NCBI GenBank assembly: GCA_963766735.1
Contig: CAVYBU010000003.1
Coordinates: forward strand, 325,587 to 389,586
Length of the DNA stretch: 64,000 bases
Direction: 5' to 3'
Source: an uncultured Chloroflexia bacterium
Lineage (GTDB): Bacteria; Chloroflexota; Limnocylindria; Limnocylindrales; CSP1-4
Below the pieces are notes generated by a model. It saw only the letters and a program-made list of their open reading frames with translations. It made no database searches and had not been told where the DNA came from. Shown piece after piece: positions 9,916-20,501 of this stretch. Within the stretch, counting starts at the first letter, position 1, and the number at the start of each line of letters is the position of its first letter. The translations under genes were made by a program, and so were the position numbers.

Positions 9916-10610
9916 ATGAAGCGGACTCGGAAGTTCGGCGGGCGAGTCGTTACGATGGGTCTCACGGCAGGGTTCGCCCTGATCGTCACGGCGGGAACGG
10001 CACTGGCCGCGAGCGCGACCGTCTCGTTCGCGTCGAGCCAGCCGTTTGCGCCGGTTACCACGGGCTATGACGTCAACTGGTCGAATGGCGGTGGCGCAAA
10101 CTCCGTCTGGATCAAGGGATTGACCGGGGTGAATGTCACGAGCCCGCAGGGGGCGAGGGCCGGGCGGGCTCAACAGCACGACGATGACGTACAACGGGCT
10201 GAGCGGACGCACGATCACCGTGTCGCTCAAGGGCAAGTTCGACTACGCGTGGACCTGCAGCGCGAACTACCCGGCCCAGGCGACCGGTGGCACATCCGTG
10301 GTCCTCGGCCTGTTCGACGTAACTGCCAACCGCCTGGTCAGCAACCAGACCGTCTACCAGCGCGCGTTGCCGGCGTGTCACACCGGCAACATCAGCATCT
10401 TCCCGCCCTTCTACACCACGTCCGACAGCCAGCAGACCGGAACAGTCGCCCTCCCTGCACGACGCCGCGAAGTTCGGAGGCGGCCAGATCGTCTGCGGGT
10501 CATCGCTACGGGTGATCGGCGGGGCTGGAGCCTGATCTGCCTCCTCCGGGATCGTCACCACGACCCTGCTAGTCCGGGGATCGGGCCTCTCGGCGACCCT
10601 CACCTACTAG
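9916..10610 (+). CDS. Secreted beta-rich hypothetical protein (frameshifted)
   Basis: GGAGG RBS; signal peptide ending ALA; Thr/Ser/Gly-rich body continuing across frames. Confidence 0.55.
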
Positions 10611-10825
10611 CCCATCGCCCGCGCCTGCGGAGTCGAACGATGGCCCGTCCGGCAGACGCCCGGGCGGGCCGTCCCGCATGTGACGTTCGGCTCTGGCCGG
10701 ACGGTGCCAACTTGCGATGCTGCGCCAGTCGTGCCCGTGATCCGGGTCACGGTGCAGCGGAGCGTCCCGGTGCTCGAGCAGCCGCGTGCTGATGGCCGCG
10801 CGGTCCGACTCGGTGGAGGGACGGG

Positions 10826-12493
10826 ATGGGTCTGGACGCGAGTGCGTTCGAGGCGGCGTACGCCGCGAACGCCGACCGCCTGTACGCGACGAGCCTGCGG
10901 ATCGTGCGCGAGCCGGCCGCGGCGCAGGACATCGTCGCCGACGCGTTCGTCAAGGCCTGGACACGGCCAGAGGCGATCGACAATGTGGGCGCTTGGCTGG
11001 GCACCGTCGTCCGCAACGCGAGCCTCAACGCGGTCCGCGACGAGCGCCGGACCGTCCCCCTCGAGCCGAACGACGGCGAGGAGCCGACGGCCGGCCAGCT
11101 CGCCTACGCCGAGCGCGACCCGTTCGCCGACCCGGCCCAAGCAGCTGCCGCCGGCGACTCCCTGCGCACCGTCTGGAACCTCATCGAGGACCTGCCCGCC
11201 GAGCAGCGCGCCGTGCTCGTGCTGCGGGTCGGCGAGGAGCAGCCGCTCGAGGACGTGGCCGCCGCCCTGGGCAAGACCCCCAACGCCACTTACGTCCTGC
11301 TTCACCGGGCGCGGGCCGCCCTCCGCCGCCGGTACGCCGAGCGGGTGGTCGGACGGGCCGGGGTCCCGGAGGCGTGTCGGGCCTGGTTGCCCGACCTCGT
11401 CGCCCGGGCCGAGGGCAAGCCCGTCAGTGACGCGTTCGAGGCCCACCTCGCGACCTGCCCATCCTGTGCCCAGAGCGAGGACGAGGTCCGGCGGATGCCG
11501 CTCGCCTGGGTGTCGCACCCCTCGTCATCGCGCCGGCCGGTCTGGAGTCCACCGTCAAGGCCTCGCTGGCAGCAAAGGGGGTCGCGGTATCGGGCGGAGC
11601 GGCATCGGGCAAGGCGGCCGTTGTCGCGTCAGACCACCACCACCGGCACCGGCGGCCTGTCGGCCGTGGTCATCCTGCCCCTCATCGCGATCGCAACCGT
11701 CCTGGTCGTCGGCGCCGCGGTCCTCGTGACCGGCACGCTACAGCTGCCCGGGGCGGATCCCACCCTGAGCCCGAAGCCGGTGGCAGTGGTCGTAGCACCG
11801 ACGCCGGCCTCGACCGCTGCTGTCGGGATATTCGTTGCGACACCGACGCCGTCGCCCGTATGGTCGGCCGTGCCGGCGAACACGGCCACAACGTCACCGA
11901 CAGCCGTTCCCATCGTCCGCGTCGAGGTACCCGTCGCTGCATGTGCCAGTGACTTCGGCGGGACAGGCGCGGAGGGGGAGACCATGCCGCCGACAGCAAC
12001 AATCGAGATCCCTGTCGACTTCCGGTCCCGCGTCTCCGCCTACTTCGACGGCTTTAGGTCGCATGTCGGACCATCGGACTGGGATTGCTCGGCAGGCGTC
12101 GGGGTGAACGCCTCATGGATGGCGATCTCGAATCCCGCCGACGCTGCCCAAGTCGTGTCCTACGACATGCCGGGGGATATCGGAGCAGTCTGGGACCTTG
12201 CGTGCCCGCTGTTCGAGAATGCGAGGACCTCCTACGAGGGCGACTTCGGGGAATGCACCCTGGCGGCTCCGCCACGAGAGGAACGTGTGACGCGCCTGTC
12301 GCCGACTGCCCAGCAGTTCCTTGATCCCGCCCATGTCAAGGGGACCGGTGAAGGGTCTGGGGGTCGGTACCAAGCCCTCGGGGTGCTGGTGTATGACGGC
12401 AACTTCGCCGCCAAGAGCACCTGTCTGATGCCGGAGGGCCAGCAGCTGCTGTGTGAGGCGATCGTTCATGCGTTCGTCGCGGGGTTCAAGTAG
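10826..12493 (+). CDS. ECF sigma factor fused to a zinc-finger anti-sigma motif, a TM helix and an extracellular domain
   Basis: 'AQDIVADAFVKAW', 'AWLGTVVRN', 'LPAEQRAVLVLR..VAAALG..ATYVLLHRARAALRR', 'EAHLATCPSC', then TM and Pro/Thr linker. Confidence 0.8.
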   Translation: MGLDASAFEAAYAANADRLYATSLRIVREPAAAQDIVADAFVKAWTRPEAIDNVGAWLGTVVRNASLNAVRDERRTVPLEPNDGEEPTAGQLAYAERDPFADPAQAAAAGDSLRTVWNLIEDLPAEQRAVLVLRVGEEQPLEDVAAALGKTPNATYVLLHRARAALRRRYAERVVGRAGVPEACRAWLPDLVARAEGKPVSDAFEAHLATCPSCAQSEDEVRRMPLAWVSHPSSSRRPVWSPPSRPRWQQRGSRYRAERHRARRPLSRQTTTTGTGGLSAVVILPLIAIATVLVVGAAVLVTGTLQLPGADPTLSPKPVAVVVAPTPASTAAVGIFVATPTPSPVWSAVPANTATTSPTAVPIVRVEVPVAACASDFGGTGAEGETMPPTATIEIPVDFRSRVSAYFDGFRSHVGPSDWDCSAGVGVNASWMAISNPADAAQVVSYDMPGDIGAVWDLACPLFENARTSYEGDFGECTLAAPPREERVTRLSPTAQQFLDPAHVKGTGEGSGGRYQALGVLVYDGNFAAKSTCLMPEGQQLLCEAIVHAFVAGFK

Positions 12494-12594
12494 CGGCTGG
12501 GCAATGCGCGACGAGTTGTATGAATCGCCGCCACTCGCGGGTCATGAGAGCAGGAGCGGATCACGAGATCCGCCTTCGGTGGGAGGTCAAGATC

Positions 12595-14016
12595 ATGGAG
12601 TCGCAGGAACGCGGCGCATCGATCGCCGCATCGTGTTCGGCGTCGCAGGCGCCACTCTCGTAGTCGTCCTTCTCGGCGTAGTGGCCGCGAACACCGTGCT
12701 GAAGGATTTGGGCCGGCTCAGATCCAGGCCATCATCGACAGTATGGCCGGACGGAACGAGACGCCCGTGCTTGCCCAGTGGCAGGAGTTGGGCCGGGAAG
12801 TTGGGCGTCGCCACAGCCCCCGGCGACGTGACCTTCACCGCCAGCGATGTGCTGGTCGAGGCAGTCAAGGACTCGGACGGCATGTACACGGCGTCATGGA
12901 CCCTCGACGCCGAACGCGACGGAGCGAATTTTGGGTCGACGGTCTACACGGCAACCTTCCAGCGAGGTCCGAAGGACGGCGAGTGGGGAGCGCTGTTCGT
13001 CGACGGCGAGCCGACGCCCCTTGCCCAGCTGCTGCCATCCGTCACCAGTGAGGCCGCGGCAGCGGCGCTCGTCGCGGGGATCCAGCCGTTCGCCGAGCGG
13101 TTCGGGGCGGAGGTCAGGCTGGACACGGCCGAGGTCCCCGGCGATCCCGCGCCTGCCGACCAAGTCATCAACGAAGAGGCTTGGCTGCAAAGCGAGGAGG
13201 AGACTGAGCGGAACGGAGAGGACGGGCGCAAGACCCACTTCGCCCTCGATGCCGAAAGCACCCAGATCGACCTGTTCGACCGAGTGGACGCCGCGCCTGT
13301 CCAGGGGATCGTCCATCGAGGGAGGCTTGCAGAGGCAGAAATCCAGCAGGGGCAGCCGCCACCCTCGCGTTGTTCGTGGGAGGCCGTGCGTACCGGGAAT
13401 GTCACTCAGGTCAAGGCCATCCTCAGCGGGGCCGACACGCTGGAGAAGTCGGGCCTCGATTTCATGACCGCCGACAAGAACATGACCGGGTGGTTGGACA
13501 CGCTTGCGGGCATTGATCCCGACCGGCTCGCGGTCACGGGTACTCGCGGCCACTATGAGGTCGCTCCCCACGACACCGGCGTCACGCTGCGCAATGACGC
13601 GGCAGCCGGCGGGCCGGGTCATTGGTGCCCCAGGGCTGTGGCTGCGAGATGCCCAGCCGAACGCAACGGCCACGATCCGCGATACGGAGCCGTGCAAGGG
13701 CAAGCCCGCCGCGAGCATCCGTGTTGTCGCGGACCGCGTCATGTACAGGCTCGACGCGGGCCCGCTGCTGTTCATCTCCTCGAAAGCCATGTCCGACGGG
13801 GAAGACTGCTACTGGGCGCAGTCCCTGTGGGTCACAGAGGTGAACGGTGATGCGCGTGACAGCCTCTCATCTGGAGCCGACGGCGGATCGATCGCGATAG
13901 GGCTCTCCGGGTTGTCGGCCGGCGACAAGGTCGATCTCAAGCTCGGCACGGGCTACTTCAACGAGAAGGGCAAACCGGTCGACACAGCCCATCTGAAGTT
14001 CACCTTGCCCGAGTAG
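12595..14016 (+). CDS. Membrane-anchored secreted hypothetical protein (several frameshifts)
   Basis: GGGAGG RBS; N-terminal TM 'IVFGVAGATLVVVLLGVVA'; coding-like composition over ORFs 12453..13850 and 13504..14016. Confidence 0.5.
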
Positions 14017-14266
14017 GACGGGTCTCCGAAGGGTGGATCGGGCTCCTGCGGACGTCATACGACGCGTCGCAGGACCCCGTTTGAGCTCGGATGGTCGCCG
14101 CGGAACTCCAATGGGCTCAGGCCGGACGCGGTCGCGACCACCGAGCGTTGATCCCCCATGACTGCCCGCGCCAAGGCGAGGAAGCCAGTTCGACGGGCCC
14201 CACGGCGCCCCGGCTTCGTCCAGGCGGCATGCTCCGACGCGTCCACCATTGGCAAGCCATATGGTC

Positions 14267-16277
14267 TCAGGGAGACCATATGGCTGCCCGTTCCGCCTGT
14301 GTCGGGCACCAGGGGACGGACCCGTCCATTGCGTCGAGCGATCCGCCCGCCACGAGCACGCGGCCTGACGATAGGCCAATCGCCGCGCCACGCGACCGAG
14401 CCTTCGGCATTGGCGCCAACTCGGTCGACAGACCCGTGGCCGGGTCGAAGAGTTCGACCGACGTCAACGCCGTGGCGTCCGGCTGTCCGAGGTGGCGTTC
14501 GCCGCCCGCGAGCAGCACCCGGCCGTCGGTCCGTACCGCAATCGCGGCCGCGGAGCGGTCGGCGAGCGTTCGCCCGATCACTGACCAGCCCGTATCGGGG
14601 CTGTAGCGAAGCACGTCGCGCGACCCGCCAACGAACAATGCCGACGAGCCGAAGAACAAGGCTGATCCGTCGGGCAACGCGACGGCGCTGCCGAGCGCTC
14701 CCGGCGGGGTCAGGTTCTTCCACGCGCGGCTGCCGGGCGACCAGGCGGCGGCGAGCACCGTCTCCCCGTCGGTAGCCCGCGACCCGCCGAACACCAATGC
14801 CCCGCCGCTCCCGAGGGCGACGCCACCCGTGAGATCCCCGTCCCAGGGGAGTTCGCCGGCAGTCTTCCAGCGGTCGGCAGCCGGGTCGTAGACCTCGGTT
14901 GAGCGGGTCGAGTCGCTTGACACAGTGCTACCGCCGGCGACGAGGACGCGGCCGTCGGAAAGGGTCACGGCCACCGGCGCCCGGCGCCCAAGGCTCATCG
15001 TGGCGACCTCGGCCCATTGTCCGGTATCGCTGCTCCAGATCCGGGTGCTCGACTTGGGCACGAGTCCTGCGTTGAGGCCGCCGGTCACGAGCACGCGGCC
15101 GTCAGGGAGTGCCGCGACGGCGTAGTAGGCCCGCGCGTTGTCGAGGCTGCCCGACCTGATGAACCGGGCGGTGTTGGGACTCCAGACGCGCGCCAAGGGC
15201 ACCGGCATTCTGTCATCGCCTGGATAGGTGCAGGGGCCAGTCGTATCCATGAGCACGACCAGGTCACCCGGTCCTGGCACGAGCACGGGGCTGTCGGCCA
15301 TGGCGGGGCCCTGGACGTCTGTCCACGTCCCCCCCACGGACTCGAGGGAGGGGGCAGGTGTCGGCGTGGGCGCTGGCGTCGGCGCCCGGGTGGGCGAGGG
15401 GGAGGCCCGACGGCGTCGGCTCGGGCTCGGTGCCATCGGAGTGGGTGTGGCGGACCCCGAAGGTTGTGACGTCGGCGTTGGTGACGGCGTTGAGGAGCAC
15501 GGTCACGAAGTAGGCACCCGTCTGCTCAAGGAGGCTCCAGAGCAGCTGGCGGGCCTTGATCCTCTGGACATCGTCCGGCCCCGGAAGGTAGTGCGGGAGC
15601 ACGAGGTCGGGCAGCAGGTCGTTGACCATGTTGATGACCCCGCCCCAATCCTGCTTCACGGCCGCAGCCCGCACCTCGGGGTAGTGCCAGAAGATGTAGC
15701 TTGCGACCGTACCCGTCGCCTCCCCCGGGAAGCCGGCGAGGCCCAGGAACGTAGTCACGATGATGAGGATGGCCTCGTAGATTGCCGTCTCCTGGGTGAC
15801 GCCCGCGGTGATGACGATCTCGCCCCGCGGCTCGTCCTCATGGATGTCGAGGGCGAATTTGCCCCCTGGCGGGAGGAACCCCCACAGGTAGCTGTTGCCG
15901 TCACCCCAGCACGACCCCTCGATCGCGCACGCAGCGCCCAAGCCCTGCTCACCGCCGCCCCCAACGTAGAAGGCGAGGGCCAGCGAGCCGTTGAGCCGGA
16001 ACGCGTCGAGGACCTTGGAGAGGGCGACGGTGTGCACCTGGGTCATGTCGTCGATGATGGCCGTTTCGTTCTTCAGCACGACCCGCACGGTGCGCGGCGT
16101 CTCCTGGTCGCGGGTGAGGCTCACGCTCGAGCCGGCGCCGTCCACGCTCCACCGCCCATGGTCGGGCCAGTCGGGCATGCGGATTGGGTACTCGTAGGCC
16201 GCCACCGGGGCAGCGCCGAGGGGTAGGGCGAGGACGACGGCCGCCATCGCCGCAGCGAGTGCTCGCAGCATCGTCAC
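14267..16277 (-). CDS. Secreted kelch-repeat (beta-propeller) protein; frameshift near 15430
   Basis: Signal peptide; Pro/Thr linker; repeated 'LPDGRVLVTGG', 'LSDGRVLVAGG', 'SVELFDPATG'. Confidence 0.75.
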
Positions 16278-16810
16278 TGCCCCCGCCAGATGACGCCGAC
16301 GTCGAGGTCGCCGTCGGCACGGGTGGTGATGAGGGCCGCGTGGTCGTCGTCGAGCGCGACCATCGTGGTGGTGCCGTCGCGGCTCACAACTGTCTCGGGG
16401 GCCTGGCCCCCGACCTTGCTGATCGCCGCCTGGTAGAAGGCGATGGCTGCCGCGGCGGTCATGCCCGGCACCCGGAAGGTGACCGAGGTGATTGCGTCGT
16501 ACTCACTGCCGGCGACGACCTGGCTGCCGGGCGCAACGAGCGCTGCTGGCAGGCTGGGGGGAGGCGTGACGCCCTCAGCGACTGGCAGGTTGAGCACGAC
16601 GGGCGCGCCGGGCGTCCCGAGAAGGCCGGGCGGCAGCGGCGGCCGGCTCGCCTCCGCTCCCGATGTGGGCAGGGGAGGAAACGAGTGGGCGCTAATGGAG
16701 ACTGGAGAGCCGGCGGGCGCCCCGGTCGGGCTGTCTGCGCCGCATGCACCGAGCAGGCACGCGAGGGCTCCGACGGCCAGGACTCCAGCTAGCCGATGCG
16801 CTTGACGCAT
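16274..16810 (-). CDS. Hypothetical lipoprotein
   Basis: MRQAHRLAGVLAVGALACLLGAC lipobox; stop overlaps the next start. Confidence 0.65.
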   Translation of the reverse strand: MRQAHRLAGVLAVGALACLLGACGADSPTGAPAGSPVSISAHSFPPLPTSGAEASRPPLPPGLLGTPGAPVVLNLPVAEGVTPPPSLPAALVAPGSQVVAGSEYDAITSVTFRVPGMTAAAAIAFYQAAISKVGGQAPETVVSRDGTTTMVALDDDHAALITTRADGDLDVGVIWRGQ

Positions 16811-16973
16811 AGGACCACCCCATGAGGCCTGATACCTAATGTCCGTAGCGTGTCCGCGGCGAGCCCTACGCACACCACGCCCTTCTTCCCGTGTCCTGGA
16901 ACCGAGCTCATCGTCCGAGGTCGTGGCGCGATGGCTCTCATCATCGGCTCAGTCCACGTCCACCTGTGGGTTA

Positions 16974-17445
16974 CTACTTCAGCGTCACAGACTGCGCGAT
17001 CCCCGCGCAAAGGTCGTCGCTCAGGCCCTCGCACGCGAGCTCGAACGCCACCCCGCCCTTGACGATCAGATACACGATTGTCCGGGTCCTGCTCCGTGCC
17101 CCCCGAGACCTCGATCGCCTCTCCGGTCGGGAGGTTGACGGACTGCTTTGCAGTGTTGGTCATGCCATAGTCCTTCAGCTTCCAAGCGACGTCGTCGGCC
17201 ACGGTGTCCAGGGACTCAAATGAGCCATATTTCCTGAATTGGAAGGTCCCCAGCGACGAGACCCACTTGTCCCATTCGCCACCGGACGAGGCCTGCCACG
17301 ACCCGGCTGCAGGCACGATGAGACTGTATGTCGCGCCATCGTGGCGCTCGCCGGCTGGAAGCGACTGACTCGCCTCGCCCCCACAGCCGACCATCACCGC
17401 CGTCACCGCTGCCAGCGCGAGCTGGGCAGCCCAGCGCCTTGTCAT
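16974..17445 (-). CDS. Hypothetical lipoprotein (probable frameshift near 17070)
   Basis: MTRRWAAQLALAAVTAVMVGC lipobox; GGGAG RBS. Confidence 0.6.
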
Positions 17446-17762
17446 AGCAGGCTCCCTTCACGAGACTCACACCAGCCGGAACCGTGCGGCTGCACTCTGG
17501 GACCGGTGGCGACCCCACGCAGGCAGGCTGGGTGCCGGGCGCTCGAGACGCCACGTGCCGGAGCGACCGTCATGCAGGGCCGAAGGTAGCCGTATCGTCT
17601 GTGGTCGGATCGTCCCTGCCGGTACAGGGTCGGCCGCGCCCGCCAATGGCTATCCACTCGTAGAAGGGAGGGGGCCGATGACGAGGATCGGTTTCCAGGG
17701 CGCCATCAGGGATCGTTCCGGCCGCGTCAGGGGTCGAGCGGACGCCCGAGATATGCTCCTCA

Positions 17763-17904
17763 AGCGGTGTAGCCTAGGCGTCCGCTTCTCGAACGAGGAA
17801 GCACATGCGCTTCCTGAGAGTCCCCGGGGCCTATGCGGTGCAGGTTCGAGGGTCCTGAGCGTGGCTGGCCGAGCGGCGTAGGCACCGATTAATAGGGGCT
17901 ACGC
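17763..17904 (+). repeat. Junction module J4, lacking the tRNA half (~48-bp deletion)
   Basis: gcacatgcgcttcctgag joined directly to agtccccggggcctatgcgg...gattaataggggctacgc. Confidence 0.9.
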
Positions 17905-18494
17905 GAGTTCAGATTGTGCCCAGTCGGTCCACCGAAACGGCCCGGACCGGGATGGACGTCGCGTCGTCCTGGGCGCCCGAGAGTTGCCCCCAATAGGCTG
18001 GAGAGGACGACCATCAGGGCAAGGACGAAGACAATTCCTGACAGTTCGAGTGCGAACCCCAGGCGCAGCCGACGGACCGTGTCGGCGCGCCCAGCGGCGA
18101 CCCGTGCCTCTGTCGGGACTGCCCACAGGGCATCGTCGCCGGCCAGCCGTCGGGCTGCCGGGCTCGTGATGAGCCCCCCAACGGCGAAGATGGCGACCGT
18201 GACAGCGATCGCAGCGAGCCATACGATCCCGTACTGGCTGCTAAGCGCGTCGATAGATCGTATGGGTCCGAAGACCGTTCCCCGCACGACCCCCAAGACG
18301 ACGGCGAGCAGGGCCGCACCGATCAGAAGCCGTTCCGGGCCGAGGATCACGGTTCGGACGAGGTCGCGCTGGCGTTCGATCGGCTGCCCGAAGACGAACG
18401 GCAGCAAGACGAGGCTGGCGAACACGGATGCGCCCAGCCACGCGGCTCCGCCGAGGATGTGGAGGAACTGGACGAGCGCGAGCCCGTAATCCAT
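17889..18494 (-). CDS. Second copy of the four-TM membrane protein; stop codon lost, reads into J4
   Basis: Same protein as 8174-8677; CTG TAG changed to CTA TTG, adding ~34 aa. Confidence 0.75.
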   Translation of the reverse strand: MDYGLALVQFLHILGGAAWLGASVFASLVLLPFVFGQPIERQRDLVRTVILGPERLLIGAALLAVVLGVVRGTVFGPIRSIDALSSQYGIVWLAAIAVTVAIFAVGGLITSPAARRLAGDDALWAVPTEARVAAGRADTVRRLRLGFALELSGIVFVLALMVVLSSLLGATLGRPGRRDVHPGPGRFGGPTGHNLNSRSPY

Positions 18495-18605
18495 GGGGCT
18501 CTCCGATGCGGACCGGTAGTTCGGCATTCGTATGTATGAGGCGGTCAGGCTGCCACGTCAACAGGAGGGCGGCTTTCAGGGCCAACCAGGCTCGGCGGAG
18601 CCCGG
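17905..18605. repeat. Cassette C4, second copy of C2
   Basis: 701 bp, colinear with 8088-8788. Confidence 0.93.
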
Positions 18606-18793
18606 GAGCGCTGTAGGCTACTCTTCTGGTCATCGCTCGGGGCGCACATGCGCTTCCTGAGCGTGAAGCTCGCCGGGGCGTGGCGCAACGGTGGCGCACG
18701 TGCTTTGGGAGTCCCAGGGCCTATGCGGGGTAGGGTCGGGGGCCCGAGCACGACCGGGCGAGCGGCGTAGGCACCGATTATTAGGGGCTACGC
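18606..18793 (+). repeat. Junction module J5 (tRNA-Pro 5' half 18674-18711)
   Basis: TAGGCT 18614; tRNA half; element ending gcgtaggcaccgattattaggggctacgc. Confidence 0.92.
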
Positions 18794-18844
18794 GAGCACG
18801 ACAGACAGCCTCGTTGCCGACCGCGCTGACGGGTGGGCTTTGCG

Positions 18845-19782
18845 TCACTTGCTGATGAGGGTCGACCGCCAGGCCACCTCGCTGTCCGGCGTGATCGCGA
18901 GAAGCGTGATCGCCGACCCGGCCCCGGCAGGCTCGACCGCCGTTGCGTAGACCGTCCCGTCGGCGCCGGCCACCACGACATCCCAGCGCCCGGCCGGGTT
19001 CGTGAGCTTGACCGGCCAGCCGTCAACGACCCGGCCGTCCGGCCCGACCGCGACGACTCGCCTGCTGCTCTTCGCATCAGCCGGCGCCAGAAGGACCAGA
19101 AGCACATGCTCACCGGGGCCGAGGGCCGGCACCGTCCGCCACACGCCGCATCCTGTATCGCCCAGCGGCATTCGCCCTGCTCCCCGATGGGCGCACCGGC
19201 CGACCACGGCCACCCGTCGCGGACGGTGCCGTCGGGTCCGAGCGCGTGGACGACGACGCGGTCGCGGTCGTCGACGCCCAGGACCCACGCGGATCCGCCT
19301 GGCTCGAGCACGGGCCTGATCGGCGCGTACCCGCCCGCAAAGGTCGCCTCGGAGATGCGCGGCGCGACTCCGGCCCGGGGGAGGCCGTGTGACCGGCGCA
19401 ATGCTCGGCAGCGCGCGTCACCCGAATTCCAGGAGGGGGAGACCCGGATCCGTCCGTCACAGGCGTCACGCTGCCGCTCGCGGGCGGCAAGCGGCAGCTG
19501 CGACGACCGGCGATGGGATGCGATGCAGCCAGACGCACGATCGGGCTCGCGCAGGCACGGGCGTGGGGGCATCGGGCGGCCAGGATCGGATCCGCGGCGC
19601 TCGGGCAGGGTGACCCGCGGCAGGTGCTCGAGGGCCAGGGCATCGCCCCGGAACGCATGCGCCCTGCGGGCACAGGCCGGGCACGCGGCGAGGTGCGCCT
19701 CGAGGCGGCCGCGCTCGTACGCCGCAAGCGGGTAGTCGATCGCGGTGGCGGCGAGTGCGAGGAACGTGTCGTGCGTGGTCAT
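18845..19782 (-). CDS. zf-HC2 anti-sigma factor with an extracellular propeller-like tail (frameshifted or partly deleted)
   Basis: 'LEAHLAACPACA'; start overlaps the sigma stop; 'DGRVVDGWPV' repeats. Confidence 0.6.
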
Positions 19783-20353
19783 TGGGACGCCTCCGCCGAC
19801 TCGAGCCGGCTGCGGACCCGGATGCGGGTCCGGCAGAGCAGGGTGCGGGTGGCTGCCTCGGAGCGCCCGATCGCGGCGGCGATCTCGGCCCCGCTGAAGC
19901 CTTCGGATGACAGGAGCAGCGCCGCCCGGGCTCCGGGGTCGAGGTCCGCGAGGATGCCCACGATCGCGGCCCGGCCCTCGCGCGCGAGGTAGCTGGCCTC
20001 GGGGGTGACGGTCGTCACCGGCGGCGCGGTGCGGTGGTCTGGATCCTGACCAGCCCGCGCAGCGCGGTGGAGAGGCGCCGGCCGCGGCTGACCGCGAGGT
20101 TGGCACCCACCCGGTACAGCCAGGCCCGGATGTTGTCGGGGGTCCGCCCCGCCCGCACCTCGCGGGTCAGGCGCAGGTAGGCCTCCGAGAGCAGGTCCTC
20201 GGCGACCCCGGGGTCGCGCGCGGTCCGGACCAGGAACGCGTACACCTCCGCGTGGTGGTCGGTCCAGGCGGCCACGACCAGCGCGTCCGCCTGCGCGGCG
20301 CGGGTGGCGCCCGCGGCGTCCACCGATTCGAGAGGAGAGGTCACCGGTTCCAC
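19779..20353 (-). CDS. ECF sigma factor (frameshift near 20030)
   Basis: 'AEDLLSEAYLRL', 'RAWLYRVGANL'; region 4 'GFSGAEIAAAIGRSEAATRTLLCRTR'. Confidence 0.85.
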
Positions 20354-20356
20354 GCC

Positions 20357-20387
20357 GATGAGACGCTATGCCCCGCCTGGTGTTTCA
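20357..20387 (-). promoter_or_regulatory. ECF-type promoter AAC-N16-CGTCTCATC (autoregulatory, probably leaderless)
   Basis: tgaAACaccaggcggggcatagCGTCTCATC directly before the GTG; same motif at 21870-21900. Confidence 0.6.
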
Positions 20388-20501
20388 GGGCAGGGGCAAG
20401 AGGGCGACGACGGGCGGGTGCGAATGACCGCGGGCAGGGTGTCCCGGAAGGGCGACCAAGCGGTGAGGCCGCGGGCGGGGAGTCGCGCCGGACAGGGCAG
20501 G

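Noticed and set aside
1876-18793. Junction repeats as a CRISPR array
   Set aside because: Repeats are 140-190 bp, spacers are 0.7-8.8 kb gene blocks, and there are no cas genes
18674-18801. Intron-containing or split tRNA (the element is followed by GAGCACGA in J5)
   Set aside because: Only ~8 nt of 3' exon-like sequence follows, with no T arm or acceptor strand; 85 nt is too short for a group I intron; the match is weaker in the other copies
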